This document shows, one piece after another, positions 39,092-50,856 of a stretch of 64,000 nucleotides of DNA. The DNA comes from the human T2T-CHM13v2.0 reference genome, Homo sapiens, in NCBI RefSeq assembly GCF_009914755.1, contig NC_060929.1; one strand, given 5' to 3'. How positions within the stretch are numbered: the stretch's first letter is position 1; every line of letters starts with the position of its first letter. The notes below the pieces were generated by a model. That model was not told the origin of the DNA, did not search any database, and saw only the letters and a program-made list of their open reading frames with translations. A program made the position numbers and the translations under genes.

Positions 39092-39294
39092 GTAAACAAA
39101 TTTCACTATTCATGAGGATTTTCAGTCAGAAACGAGTTACCGAATGGGTGCTTAGTAAATATTTGACTAACTGATTTTTGCTGGTGTTATCTCTATTAAT
39201 ACATCAAATCAGCCTTAAGGGATGCTACAGATTGAAGACCTGTAACCTACGATAAATTTACTTTGTGTTAAGGTGGACTTAAAGTAAAAAAGTA

Positions 39295-40555
39295 ATGCTG
39301 TGAAATTGGAACCCTTGCACACTGTTGGTGGGAATGCAAAATGGTGCAACCACTATGGAGTATAGTATGGAAGCTCCTCAAAAAATTCAAAATAGGACTA
39401 CCATATAATATAATTCAATAGTCCCACTTCTGGGTGTATACTCAAAAGAATTGGAATCAGGATCTTGAGGAGATATTAGCAGTTCCATGTTCACTGCAGC
39501 ACTATTCACAATAGCTAAGAAACAACTTAAATGTCCATCGACAGATTAATGCATAAAGAAAATGTGGTATATGTATATATACAGTTGAATCCTATTCAGC
39601 CTTTAAAAAGAAGGAAATTCTGCAATATATGACAACATGGATAGACCTTGTGATGGTTAATATTAAGTGTCAGCTTGATTGGATTGAAGGATGCAAAGTA
39701 TTGTTCCTGGGTGTGCCTGTGAGGGTGTTGCCAGAGGAGATTAACATTCAAGTAAGTGGACTGGGAAAGGAAGACCCACACTCAATGTAGGTGGGCACCA
39801 TCCAATTGGCTGCCCATGCGGCTAGAAAAAGCAGGTGGATGAAGGTGGAATAAGCTGGCTTGCTGAGTCTTCTGGCCTTCATCTTTCTCTCGTGCTGGAT
39901 GCTTCCTTGAATATCAGATTCCAGGACCTTTGGCTTTTGGACTCTTGGACTTACACCAGTGGTTTGGCAGGGGCTCTCGGGCCTTCCGCCACAGACTGCA
40001 GGCTGCCCTGTCGGCTTCCCTGCTTTTGAGGCTTCGGGGCTTGGACTGAGCCACTACTGGCTTCTTCCTGTCTTCTCAGCTTGCAGATGGTCTATTGTGG
40101 GACTTCATCTTGTGGTCATGTGAGTCAGTTCTCCTTAACAAACTCCCCTTCATATATACATACATACTACTAGCTCTGTCCCTCTGAAAAACCCTGACTA
40201 ATATAGACCTTGAGGACACTATGCTAAGTGAAATAAGGCACTCTGAGAAAGACAAGTACTACATGATTCCATTTATCTGAGGTATCTCAAATAGTCAAAT
40301 TCATGAAGTTAAAGACTAGAATGATGGTTACCTGGGACTAGGCGGAGAGGGAAATTAAGAGTTGGTAACCAATAGGCATAAAGTTTTAGTTAAATAAATT
40401 TAGTTAAATAAAACAAATACATTTTAGAAATCTGCTGTTCAACATTGTATCTATGATCAACAATAACATATTTTATACTTAAAATTTATTAGGAGGGTAG
40501 ATGTCATACTAAGTGTTCTTACCACAATAAAATAAAAACTAAAATAGAAAAAGAA
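39295..40555 (+). mobile_element. L1MA9/10-like 3' portion split by MLT2A
   Basis: ACACTGTTGGTGGGAATGCAAAATGGTGCAACC...AAGTGTTCTTACCACAATAAAATAAAA. Confidence 0.88.
39649..40205 (+). mobile_element. MLT2A2-like (HERVL) solo LTR
   Basis: TGTGATGGTTAATATTAAGTGTCAGCTTGATTGGATTGAAGGATGCAAAGTATTG...AACCCTGACTAATATA; perfect TSD GACCT. Confidence 0.92.
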
Positions 40556-40614
40556 GTAACTCCTTTTACCTCTTCACCTCCCTCATCATATTAACATCTT
40601 TGTTTAGTTTGGGA

Positions 40615-41059
40615 TATCCTAGGTTTAACTCCTCCGGAAACAGATTGAGATAAAGGTATGCATGCAGGGATTTTATTAGGATGTGCTTGGGAAAACAACA
40701 CTTGTTAGTGGGTGAAGAAAGCAGGATTGGGCAGAGGGAGATGTTGAGCTGTGATGCAGTTGCAACAAGGCCTCAGCCAATCCCAATGGGAGTCTGAAAG
40801 GTAGATAGCCCCTCAGAAAATCCCTGAATTTGAGGCAAGGGAGCTAGGACTTGGTATCCCTCATCAACCAGTCATTGGTTGTGACCTACCCCTAGGGAAA
40901 GAGAAATAACACTGGGCAAGACACTTCCTTTTGTCTAAGGGCAATTCCTGGAGAGGGACTCAGCTATGAGCCTCAACAGGTAACACCCTAATAGTTGGGG
41001 GAATAAGTGCCTTGGTCCTGAATATGGAATTTGGATGGCATATGACAGAGCCCACTACA
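40615..41059 (-). mobile_element. LTR16C-like (ERVL) solo LTR
   Basis: GCAGGATTGGGCAGAGGGAG...GATGCAGTTGCAACAAGGCCTCAGCC...GGGCAATTCCTGGAGAGGGACTCAGCT...CCACTACA. Confidence 0.85.
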
Positions 41060-42568
41060 CTGGATCACACCACAAATTCACCATGCGGGAACTAAAACTC
41101 AGCCTCCCCTCTGCAAGTTAAATTTTCCTTCTTACTTTCCTTTCTTTGTTATCAGCATCACCATTTTTCCTTACCCAAGGTAGTAGATGAGAAATCTAAA
41201 GATTTCTAAAAATTGCTTTGGGCGATTTTTAACAGTCTGTCACATTTAATTTCCAGCATATTTATCCTTTTAAACAATTTTAAATAATTCACTACAAAGT
41301 GAAATCTGGCATAAGTCCTATCTGTCTTTTACTCCCTGAATTACTGAAGAAGCCAAGACAACAGATTTCTAGGCAGTTTTTAGGGCCTGGGATGGGGACT
41401 AGTGATATAACCAAGAAATGAGGAAGTGGCTGGTCTCTGCTGTTTTTTCTTTCTATTTTAGAGAAGAAAGCTTGAATCATTGGTCGGGCAAATAAATACT
41501 CAACTATTCTCTGGAAAGTCCTCCTCTGTTTATAAGAATGCAAATGAATAACCTTGAAAAAAAAGTCTTGTTATTTTATATACAAAAAAATTTAACATGA
41601 GCTAAATGTTTTCGGAGATTGAGATTTAAAAAAAAAACCTATCCAGTACTTGTGGGTGCAACCTCGTCTTCCACTAGTGTAAGTATTCTGTCAAAGACCT
41701 AGTTGCCACTCTCAAACACTGTACTCAAAGCACTCGCAGGGAAACACAGGAGATATTAAATTATAGTGTAATTAAATTAAATTATCACTTTGCTATCCCA
41801 CCAATAAGGCTGAGACGGCACTTCTGTTATGAATCTTTGCTTGCAAATCCTTTTACTTTGGGATAAGAACTCCTTCCTGGCAGAAGCACTTTGGGCTTAA
41901 AGGTGAAGTTGTGGATTAGAGGATTGTACAAGGGTTCTTGCACCCAGAAGATTCTAAGGACAAAAATTAAAACTCACTTGTTTTGAAGATTTTTGATCTT
42001 GGGCTTTTGAATAATTTTACTTATCTGAAACATGAATCTATATAGTGCATATTGGATGATTTTTGCATTCTAAATATAAAGCTTCTTGAAATCTAAAAAC
42101 AGCCTTTTTTTGTTGAGTAGTAAAAGGAATATTTTAATGTTAGGAAATTTTGGATATGCAGAGAAAATCACTACTTCTGAATGAATGGGCCAGAAACCAG
42201 TACTGAGGATCTGAAGCAAGAGCTGTAGGGTCCACCAGAGTTTATCTTCTCTACACCTACTATATACACAGCACTTATGAGATACCATAATGATGTTCAC
42301 AGTGTGAAGAAAACAAAATCTCAGATTTTTAACAATATAAAAAAGAAAACAAGGCAGGAAGGCACTTGGGACTCAATGTTCCTCTTTTTAAGCCTTTAAG
42401 CTTCTTAAGCAAGTCCCATTGGATACATGGGGAAGATGAGTTTCCCCTAAGTACCACTCCTAAAACCTCTGAGGCCACAAGGAGCCTGTGAAGCTGACAC
42501 AAAGAAGTGCCCCTGGTGTACTTTAGATGCATGTGTTTCTACCTGCACATGAAAGTGCACATTCTGAT

Positions 42569-43037
42569 TGTATTAGGGTCCTTCAGAAAAACAGAACTTG
42601 TAGGAGAGATAGTTAGATAGATACATAGATAGATAGAGATATAGGGGTATAAGTATAGATAGAGAGAGAGATCTATTATGAGGAACTGCTGCACACAATT
42701 ATGGAGGCTAAGTCCCACAATCTGCCATCTGCAAGCTGGAAACCCAGGAAAGCTGGTAGAATAAATCCCGGTCCAAGGGCAAGAGAAGACTGATGTCTCA
42801 ACTCAAGGAGGCTGGTAGGAAGCAAAAGGCATGGTATCAATTCCTCCTTGCTCCATCTTTTTGTTCTATTCAGGCCCTCAGCAGATTGCATGATGTCCAT
42901 ACACACTGGGGAAGGCACCCTGCTTTACTGAGTCACTGATTCAAATGCTAGCTTCATCTGAAACACCCTCATAGACATAGTCAGAAATAATGTTTAATCT
43001 GGGTATCCTGTGCTGCAGTCAAGTTGACGCTATCACA
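42569..43037 (-). mobile_element. MLT2B-like solo LTR with internal (GATA)n
   Basis: TGTATTAGGGTCCTTCAGAAAAACAGAAC...AAGTCCCACAATCTGCCATCTGCAAGCTGG...GTCAAGTTGAC; flanks CTGAT and CTCAT. Confidence 0.88.
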
Positions 43038-43313
43038 CTCATTGCAGGAGTACATTGACATGAATGAACCATATGTGAAGGCCCTACGGAATGGTTTCAT
43101 CCACCCTCCCCTTACCCTTCAAACTCTCTCTGGAGTCTACCTGGGGAACCCACATGGCATCCAAGTGGCAGTGGATGAATGGATAGTGGCAACCACAGGA
43201 AGCCTGTTGAGACACATGTGACGATAGGCCAGCATCCTTGGCCAAGAGTCTTTATGCAGACCTGTTTTGTAGAAAACATGTAAGCAAGGGACTATTGAAG
43301 GAATGGCTTAAAG

Positions 43314-43494
43314 CAGAAATTCTCAAACTTCACCCTGCATCAGAATTCCCTGAAGAGTTTATTAAAACATGGATCCTTGGGTCCCATCCCATAGTTTCTG
43401 ATTCAGCACATCATGGGGAAGGCCCTCAAATTTGAATTTCTAACAAGGTAATGCTGATGCAGCGGGTCCAGGGATTCTGCACTGAGAACCCGTA
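43314..43494. mobile_element. MER5A-like hAT MITE
   Basis: TTCTCAAACTT...TGCATCAGAAT...GTTTCTGATTCAG...ATTTCTAACAAG...TGAGAACC. Confidence 0.8.
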
Positions 43495-43799
43495 GTATAA
43501 AGAAAAGAGAACTTCTACTGTCTTCTTTTGAGGTTTTCAAATTCATTCAAATTGTTGGGCTCAGTGGTGAGGATGACTGTCAGGTGGAGGTGAGTGACTG
43601 TCCTCAGGTAAATGATTCTAATATCCTGAGATGAGCCAATGATCTGATGTTGGGAGCAGGGACTGTGGAATAGCTCTCCACCAGGGCCCTTGGAAATGAA
43701 ACACAGAGAATTGATTTGCTCCCCTGCTTCTTTGTAAACAATACAACAAAGTTATATAGCTACACCTCTGGTCATACATGCGCCTGTTGTCGTCTGCTT

Positions 43800-44353
43800 G
43801 TTCCTGTTCCCTTGGGGAACTGCTCTTCCCCCACTCCAATCATATACTTCTGGTGAGCTTAGAATCATAGCATTACGCTCCTGGGCTACAGTGGTAAGTA
43901 TTGACCTTAGTCTCTTGGCAAATATTCCTTTGGCATTTGACTAAAGCCTAGCCAATCAAAGTTTTTCCCCAGGAAATTTCTAAGTTTTATTGGTAGGGAA
44001 AGTTCTCATTCATTTCTGATCACAAAGCTTTAAGAATGTGTTCAACAGCTGCTGTCAGTCATGCCCTTTACCAGGTAGGTTGTGTGAGAGAATGAAAAAG
44101 ACAGAAGGCAAAACAACAAGTGGAATCAAATCTTTTCAGCAATAAGTCTTTTCTTCTAGTCACTGAGAGCTTGGAGCTACTTGGGTTCTGCAATGATTTC
44201 TTCAGTTCTGTTTTTTGTTTTTTTGTCAGTATCTTTCAACTTCTATTCCTCTCCCATTTCCCCATCCTGTTCCTCACCCTCCCTTTTTACTTTTTGCTTA
44301 AAATATTTTAGTTGGATTTCTGTCACTTGCAAAGGAAAGAATCCTGACTAGTA
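43800..44353 (+). mobile_element. Old MLT1 LTR (J/K/L-type)
   Basis: 3' end GTTGGATTTCTGTCACTTGCAAAGGAAAGAATCCTGACTAGTA; internal GCCAATCA. Confidence 0.65.
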
Positions 44354-45284
44354 TGGATTAGTCCTCTAGTAATCAAACCCATCAAGGACAAGGCAGGTGG
44401 GAGGGTGGGGTGAAGCAAAGCCATGAAAGTACGTATGTGATGGGATTTCATACGTACCCATATGGCAGGCTTTTACAGCTGCAAGGAACAGAGCTTCCCT
44501 CAGGTTTCCTGAAAGAAAATGGTGGGACTAAAAGTGGAAACCACCAAAAAACAGATGGGCCTTAGGGCCAGCTCCTGTCTGGGTCATGCTCACCGCCTCT
44601 CCTCCATGTCATCTCTGCTTCTCAAGAGTGTATCTGTTCCATTCTCCCTTTACTCCTGTGCGGCCGATACTGTCCCCGTTTTCTAGTCCAAATCCCAGGA
44701 GGTCAGCTAATTACACTGCTGTCCCCATTGTGCAGAGTTCTTTGTTCTTGACCATTGTGGGTTGCCAGATAACCTCTTTGGATGACGCACCATCTTGGCC
44801 TATCAGGGCTTCCCCCAAAGAACAATGGCAAAGGCTGGGGAATGTAGGACGAGGTAGACACTCCATTGTGTCATGGAACATGTGTGTCCCAGAATACCAG
44901 AAAGAAGAGTCAGAGTATGACATGTCAAACAAATACTAAATAAAAACATTCACCAGAAAGTCTAAAATGCATCAGAAAGGGGTGGGTGCAGAGAAGTTAT
45001 AGGACTTTCTGAAGTGGTCTGGGCTAGAGCCAAGTACTTCAGGTCCTGGAGAAAACAGTGTTACACAGATGGGTGCTTTGCAGCTCGCTCAGAAGCGCGA
45101 GGCCCCTCAGCCACAGCAAGCCTACCGGCCTTTGTTTGGCTTGACTTCTACGACCTGACTACGGGAAATTTGGGAGAGTCCTCCCATGTTCTACACTTTC
45201 CACCATGATTCCAGAAGGACTGATGGAATCAGTAAATGACTAGGGTGGAATCCCAGTCAGACCTATGGTGGAATCCCAGTAAAT

Positions 45285-45450
45285 GACTTTGAGCAAGTTT
45301 CTTTGCCTTTGAAGCCTCAGTTTCCTCACATCAAGATGAAATTACCTGCTTTCACAGAATTGTTATGAAGAGCAAATAAGACAAGACCTGTGGGTCACTT
45401 AGCCTAGCTCCAGGCACAGATAAAGTGCTCTTTAAATGCTAGTTATCATT
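45285..45450 (+). mobile_element. MIR
   Basis: GACTTTGAGCAAGTT...GCCTCAGTTTCCTCA...GTGCTCTTTAAATGCTAGTTAT. Confidence 0.8.
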
Positions 45451-45716
45451 GCTCTGTCATCACCATCATCATCATCATTCTCATCATTTTCATTAGGATA
45501 TTTTCAAGGTGAGTGAGTGCAATATGCCTCCAGGGATACATTTGTGAACAAAGCTTATCTCCCTACCTGTTCGCTGATACTAGTCATTTTTCTAACAAAC
45601 ATCCCCACTTACAAATGAAATTAAAATCTAAATGTATTTAAACTGTAAAGCTATATGTCCAAAGTGAGCACTGTGTTATACAACTTAGAAGGTTTTTATT
45701 TTAAAAATAAAGAGAT

Positions 45717-45786
45717 GAAGGAAGGAAGGACGAATGGACGGAAGGAAGGGAGGGAAGGAAAAAAGGAGGGAAGGAGAGAAAGAAAA
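45717..45786. repeat. Imperfect (GGAA)n purine tract
   Basis: Read directly from the sequence. Confidence 0.85.
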
Positions 45787-46939
45787 TCCTCTTGTAAAAG
45801 TTCTCTTCACATATAAGATTTTATACTTTATTTTAAAGGAGATTCTTTTTGTTAATTAAGGTATCAGTACAACAATAAAACCAACAGAAAAAGATATCTA
45901 AAAATCTTTTCATTTTGTACAGCAAATATCCGGGTATATTTACCTTATGTAAAATCATTCATTTGGTCTAACATGCCAGTAGAATTATCAAAAGTTTACT
46001 TTAACAAGATATGAAAAGGTTGGGAGGGTGTGGCTTAAATATAATCTACAATTTTAAAATTTAATTTCACATATTGCCATGCTGTTCTATTACATATGCA
46101 GGAACGGGAAAGGCAATGTTCTTCAGACTTGAAAAAAATTAATCCACAGTTCTTGGCATGGACAACCAATGTTATATTTAAAATATACATATCTAATGTG
46201 AGACCCATTATCTAATAAAAGTCATGAAATCTAGCTTATTCACTTTGTAACTTATAATAACTGAAAGTTGATCAAAGAAAAGTAATTCCATTTTTATTAC
46301 ATTGTTACTATTTTTATGGGCAAAATTTAAAATGTATGATAAAAATTCAATATACAATAATTGAAACATACAGTCTGACCTCACATTGCTCTGATAAATC
46401 TGTTCATTTCTGGCCATTTTCAGTGTTGCTATAGTGAACAGTGTTGACAAGTGGATGAAAAAAGCTTATAAATGGAATTCAGATCATAGATAAAACTGAA
46501 CATAAACTATCTCCCAACATTTCTGCATGTTGGGAGGCCCGGTTTGTGCCACAGATGGCCATCTCCCAATAATACATAAAACATTTCTTGCTGGAGCTCA
46601 GCACACATTGTTGAATGCACAGGTCATTTGAACAGAACAATAATTCAATTCACTTAATAATGACCTCACTGGGAACAAACACAGACACAGGATGATGCTG
46701 TTAGGAGAACAAAATTGTACTAGAGTTTTAAAAATGAAATTCTTAAATAGCCGCCATGCTCTCTTGTCAAAATAGCACTTAAATGTATTCAGTGTTTAGC
46801 GACCAGGCAGGCTCACTGAGTTTATTTTAGTCTCTTGAATTTTACTGCTGTGTGTCTGTGCCATGTTCCTTCAGTTTTCACGCTGGTAGCTTTCCTGGGA
46901 AGGTCAGTGGTGCTCACTGAACCTTTTATTATCTTACAG

Positions 46940-47083
46940 GCTGAGCTCATTGATGAAGAAGTCTTGAGTTCATCATTTTTTCTTCTCTAATAGCTGAGAT
47001 GGCAGTCAATGAGAGTGACTGCAGAAAGTTTCAGAAGGACACATGGGAATCATTTAACCAGGCCAATAAAATCAGCTATTTAT
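46940..47083 (+). ncRNA. Candidate spliced exon A (alternative acceptors: exon starts at 46940 or 46994)
   Basis: CTGAACCTTTTATTATCTTACAG|G and TTTTTTCTTCTCTAATAG|C acceptors; TAT|GTAAGT donor; non-repetitive sequence. Motif evidence only. Confidence 0.45.
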
Positions 47084-48141
47084 GTAAGTAACAGTTATTA
47101 TAACCTCAACCATCAAGACTGTATTTCTCTAGAATAATTTTTATTTGGGGGCTAATTTTATTCCTAGCTTATAAGGCTTAAAATCCAGGATTTCCTACTT
47201 TGGCAGTAATGAATGAACTGAGCCAGGAGAAATCAGGATCTAGATGCTCTCTTTTCAGCATTTAGATGCTTACACCACTGATACACATGGGTTCAGGTAC
47301 CACCTACCTAGAATTTTTAGTCAGAGGTTCATTTCTATATTCTAAAACTAAACCCAAGTGCTATTGAAATTAGGCACCTTACTGCCATAGGCTTAACTAT
47401 TAATATCACGTTCTCTTTTGTCACTCACATTTACTGTAAAAGCACACTTAATCAACAGCAGGGACTTTAAATATGTTTTGCTTAATATATTTTATTAAAA
47501 AGACCTTTAACTTTTAGGATCAAATCATAAACCTAAAGAACAGAGGGGATTAAAAAAACCCAAAAAACAGAAAATTGAGATATAACCTATTCAAATCAAG
47601 ATTAATTTAATAATGGAGAGCAAAAAATCATATAGGAGTCTTATCAACAATTGTTTCATAGTTTAATTATTTTATTCTTTATTCTTTTGTCCCCTTCCAT
47701 CTGTCTTAGTAGGCTTGAAAAAACTCAGTCTACTTTCCCACAAAATCGTGCTTTTATGCTTGGGAAACACATTTCTCTATAGGAGCTAACCCATTAGCTT
47801 ATTTCTGTACCTGCTTCATCAATATCAGCTGGAATACCCTGTAATAGTGGCAATTTATTAACCTCTGCTGTAAAAGGCAACAGAAAGAACACTCATGCTA
47901 TTTTTCCACAAAAATGGTGGTCAGGAGAAAGGGTGTTTTAGAGAGGTAGTGATACAGGGAGGGGAGAGGGGAAGCCATTAATAAGAAGCAGAGTACATTT
48001 TCCACTGACATATATACAATTCTCAAGACTAAAGAGGCGTCTATAATCTAAACAGGACACCCCCTGTTCCTTCTTCATCTTCCCCTCCCTTCTTTTACAG
48101 ACACTTCCCCCGGAAGACATAGCCCTTGCTTCACTGTCTGA
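46999..48141 (+). CDS. Hypothetical spliced 41-aa smORF MAVNESDCRKFQKDTWESFNQANKISYLYTSPGRHSPCFTV (46999-47083 + 48101-48141)
   Basis: ATG in a GAGATGG context; the frame stays open across the predicted A-B junction; no homologue recognised. Confidence 0.15.
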
Positions 48142-48160
48142 AGGAGAGAAAATGCAAAAG
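48101..48160 (+). ncRNA. Candidate spliced exon B (60 nt)
   Basis: About 35-nt polypyrimidine tract ending TCTTTTACAG|A; donor AAG|GTAAAT. Confidence 0.5.
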
Positions 48161-48606
48161 GTAAATAGATAAATACAAAAGACAGCACGTAACTTAAGGA
48201 CCATACTGATATTATAAGAGTTCAGAGAAATTGAGATTGGGAAAGGTCCTTGAAGAAATTGCAAGGCGTGAGTGCAGCCCCCTGCTCCTGTGAGGCTGAG
48301 GGGGAATTTTCCTTCCTCTCATTGCCCCCTGGGGTGCTATGTTTTTGTCCATCTCCCAGTATGAAGGAGATCCTTCTGCAGCGAAGCCCACCATTAGCTG
48401 AGCCCAGCAGCTCAGCTTCTCAGTTTTCCTGGCACTTGCCTGAGGGCTTGCAGACTGAGCTTGCAGACTGAGCAGGATGCTGGGCATCCACTGTGCCTTC
48501 TCAAGGGAAAGGGAGGGAGCTGGGGCACAGAAAGCCAAACTCCTCTCCAGGCAGAGGCACTAGGGAAGCGGGAGCAGGAGGGAGGAAAAGTCCATTGTAT
48601 GCTGCT

Positions 48607-48843
48607 AATAATCACAATAATAACATTGAAACAGCACTTACTACGCCCAGGACAGTTCCCAGCAATTTACATGGGGTATTAACCCAGGTAATCCTCACAA
48701 CAACCCTATGAGGAAGTACTATTCATATGCCCATTGTACAGATGAGGCACAGAAAAACTAATGAACTTGCCTAAGAACACACAGCTACTTAATTGGCATA
48801 ACAGAGACTTGAGCCCAGACACAGCCCGACTCTAGCACCTCTG
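48607..48843 (-). mobile_element. MIR
   Basis: TAATCCTCACAACAACCCTATGAGG...CCCATTGTACAGATGAGG...AACTTGCCTAAG. Confidence 0.88.
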
Positions 48844-48849
48844 TTGTTA

Positions 48850-49027
48850 CATGGTTCACAACTCAGGCAGCACATTAGAATCACTTGGAGAGCTGTTAAT
48901 CAATACTGATACCTGTCCTCAACCCCAGAACTACAGATTTAATTGATCTGCAGTGGGGCCCAGGGCATGAGGACTTTTTAAGTGTCCCCAGGTGATTCAA
49001 ATGTACAGCCAGGAGAGAGCCACACTA
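48850..49027. mobile_element. MER5A-like hAT MITE
   Basis: GCACATTAGAATCACTTGGAGAGC...CCCCAGGTGATTCAAATGTACAGCCAGG. Confidence 0.8.
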
Positions 49028-49146
49028 TTTAGGCTCTCTCTACACGGTTATCTCAGGACCTCAGCACCTCTGCTTTCCTCCCTGTTACTCAGACTATTAC
49101 ATTACACCCTGATCTTACACTCTGCCACTCTCCATTTTTCTTCCCT

Positions 49147-49698
49147 TGCAGTGGTTTTAAAATATGTCCACAAATTCTTGAACACTCATCTCTTCGAAAG
49201 GTAGAGATGACTCCCCTCCCCTTGAGTAGTGACTCTCTTCTAATAAATGTAATTTAGCAGCAGTGAGGGTCTGTGACTTCCAAGACCAGGTCATTAAAGA
49301 CCTTTGCAGCTTCTTCCTTCCTGGTAAGTTGTGGATTGCTCCCTCTGGGGGAAGCCAGCTGCTATGTCATAAGATCACTCAGCCCTATGAAGAGGACCTC
49401 CTGGTGAGGAACTGTGGACTCCTGCCCACAGCCAAGGAAGAATGGAGGTCTTCCAGCAAGTAATCACTGAATGAGCCAAATTGGGAGTAAATCTTCCAGC
49501 CCCAGGCAATCCCTAAAATGACTAGAACCCTGGTGGACATCTTGAATGCTACCTCATGAAAGACCTGAGCTGGAACCATCCTGCTAAGCTGCTCCCAGAT
49601 TCCTGACCGTCAGACACTGTGCAAGATCATAAATGTCCATTACTTTACACTGATAAACTGTGGGTTCATTTGTTATGTAGCAATAGATAACGAATACA
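49147..49698 (+). mobile_element. MLT1F-like LTR
   Basis: GGTTTTAAAATATGTCCACAAATTCTTGA...GCTAAGCTGCTCCCAGATTCCTGACC...GTAGCAATAGATAACGAATACA. Confidence 0.9.
49152..49323 (+). ncRNA. Candidate exon C (exonised MLT1F 5' part)
   Basis: Acceptor CTCTCCATTTTTCTTCCCTTGCAG|T; donor CTG|GTAAGT (weaker alternative AAG|GTAGAG at 49200). Confidence 0.3.
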
Positions 49699-49839
49699 GC
49701 CATCTTCAACCCCCACCTCCAACTCGCAAGTCCTCCCATATTGACTTGGAGCTGGGAAGTTGCCAGTGCTACAATAGAAAAGTGTCTGACATCCTAAGGT
49801 GGAATTCTGAATGCATTTACCATAGAAACATAGCTGCAT

Positions 49840-50060
49840 GAATATTTATATATGTACATAAATGTATGTAGATGCATAGAAGAAGTCTGGAAGAAACAAG
49901 TCACACTGTTAATAGTTGTAGAGCCTGAGATAGGAAGGGGAGTGGGAGCAGGGGTTGGGGAGAAAGCCAAAGGGAATTTTTCTTGCTGCTCTGCAGGCTA
50001 CTGTGTCATTTGGACGTTTCACACCAAGAATATATCCATGCACCACTTAGGTAATGAAAC
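49840..50060 (+). mobile_element. L1ME-type 3' UTR fragment
   Basis: ATGCATAGAAGAAGTCTGGAAG...CACTGTTAATAGTTG. Confidence 0.55.
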
Positions 50061-50224
50061 ATATTTTTCCTGCATAAAAGTGAGGGAGGTTTAAAAAAAT
50101 AAAAGTGGCATAATCATACCCAAGGCTGGGTTCTGTTGGAAGTAGAATACTAGAAAGTTCTGCAAGTACATTGTGGATACAGTAGTAATTTTGTAGCCTG
50201 TCCTGAGGGCCTTAATACCAGGTA

Positions 50225-50400
50225 GAACACTGTGAGAACAACAGGCCTTGAATCCTGATCTCCACATGTGCTTAATTCTTGACTCTAACACTTAACCAGC
50301 TCGGCAAGTTATGAAACTGTTCTGAGCCTGTTTCCTCATCTGTAAATTTGGGATAATGATTTGAGAATTATAGAAGCTAAATATATACATCACCTCATAC
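50225..50400 (+). mobile_element. MIR
   Basis: GGCAAGTTA...CTGAGCCTGTTTCCTCATCTGTAAATTTGGGATAATGA. Confidence 0.75.
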
Positions 50401-50856
50401 AGTGAATGGTCTGGAGTTTGCAGTCACCAAGTGATAGCTGTCATACTGTGGGAAATATGATGCTAGTTCCAAACACGTACATTTTGGGATCATTACCTGT
50501 AAATAAGTTAAGGGTTCCATGAATTATATATTTTTGTCAATTCCTCTTTTTTTGGGGATGCAAACAAATTCATGAAACAAAGTAGACTTTCAAGACTCAT
50601 TTACCGCATGAATTTTGCAAACATTCCAGAGGTCAAATATTTGTTTTCTATTTAAAGTGATAAAGGCATGAAAAAGTCATATTCCTGAGCTACAAGAGAG
50701 AAACTGAGGACAGTGGAGATGAGAATAAAATCCCTAAAGCTTAAAGGATGCTGGATCTGGATTCTACTGGATGTTGGTGCTGAAGAGTGGGACTGTCCTA
50801 TCCTTTTCACATATGTTAGAGGTCACACACAGGGAGCCCACAGACCCCAGCATGCC

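Noticed and set aside
45717-45786. GGAA microsatellite as an EWS-FLI1-type enhancer
   Set aside because: Too interrupted; there are only a few consecutive perfect GGAA units.
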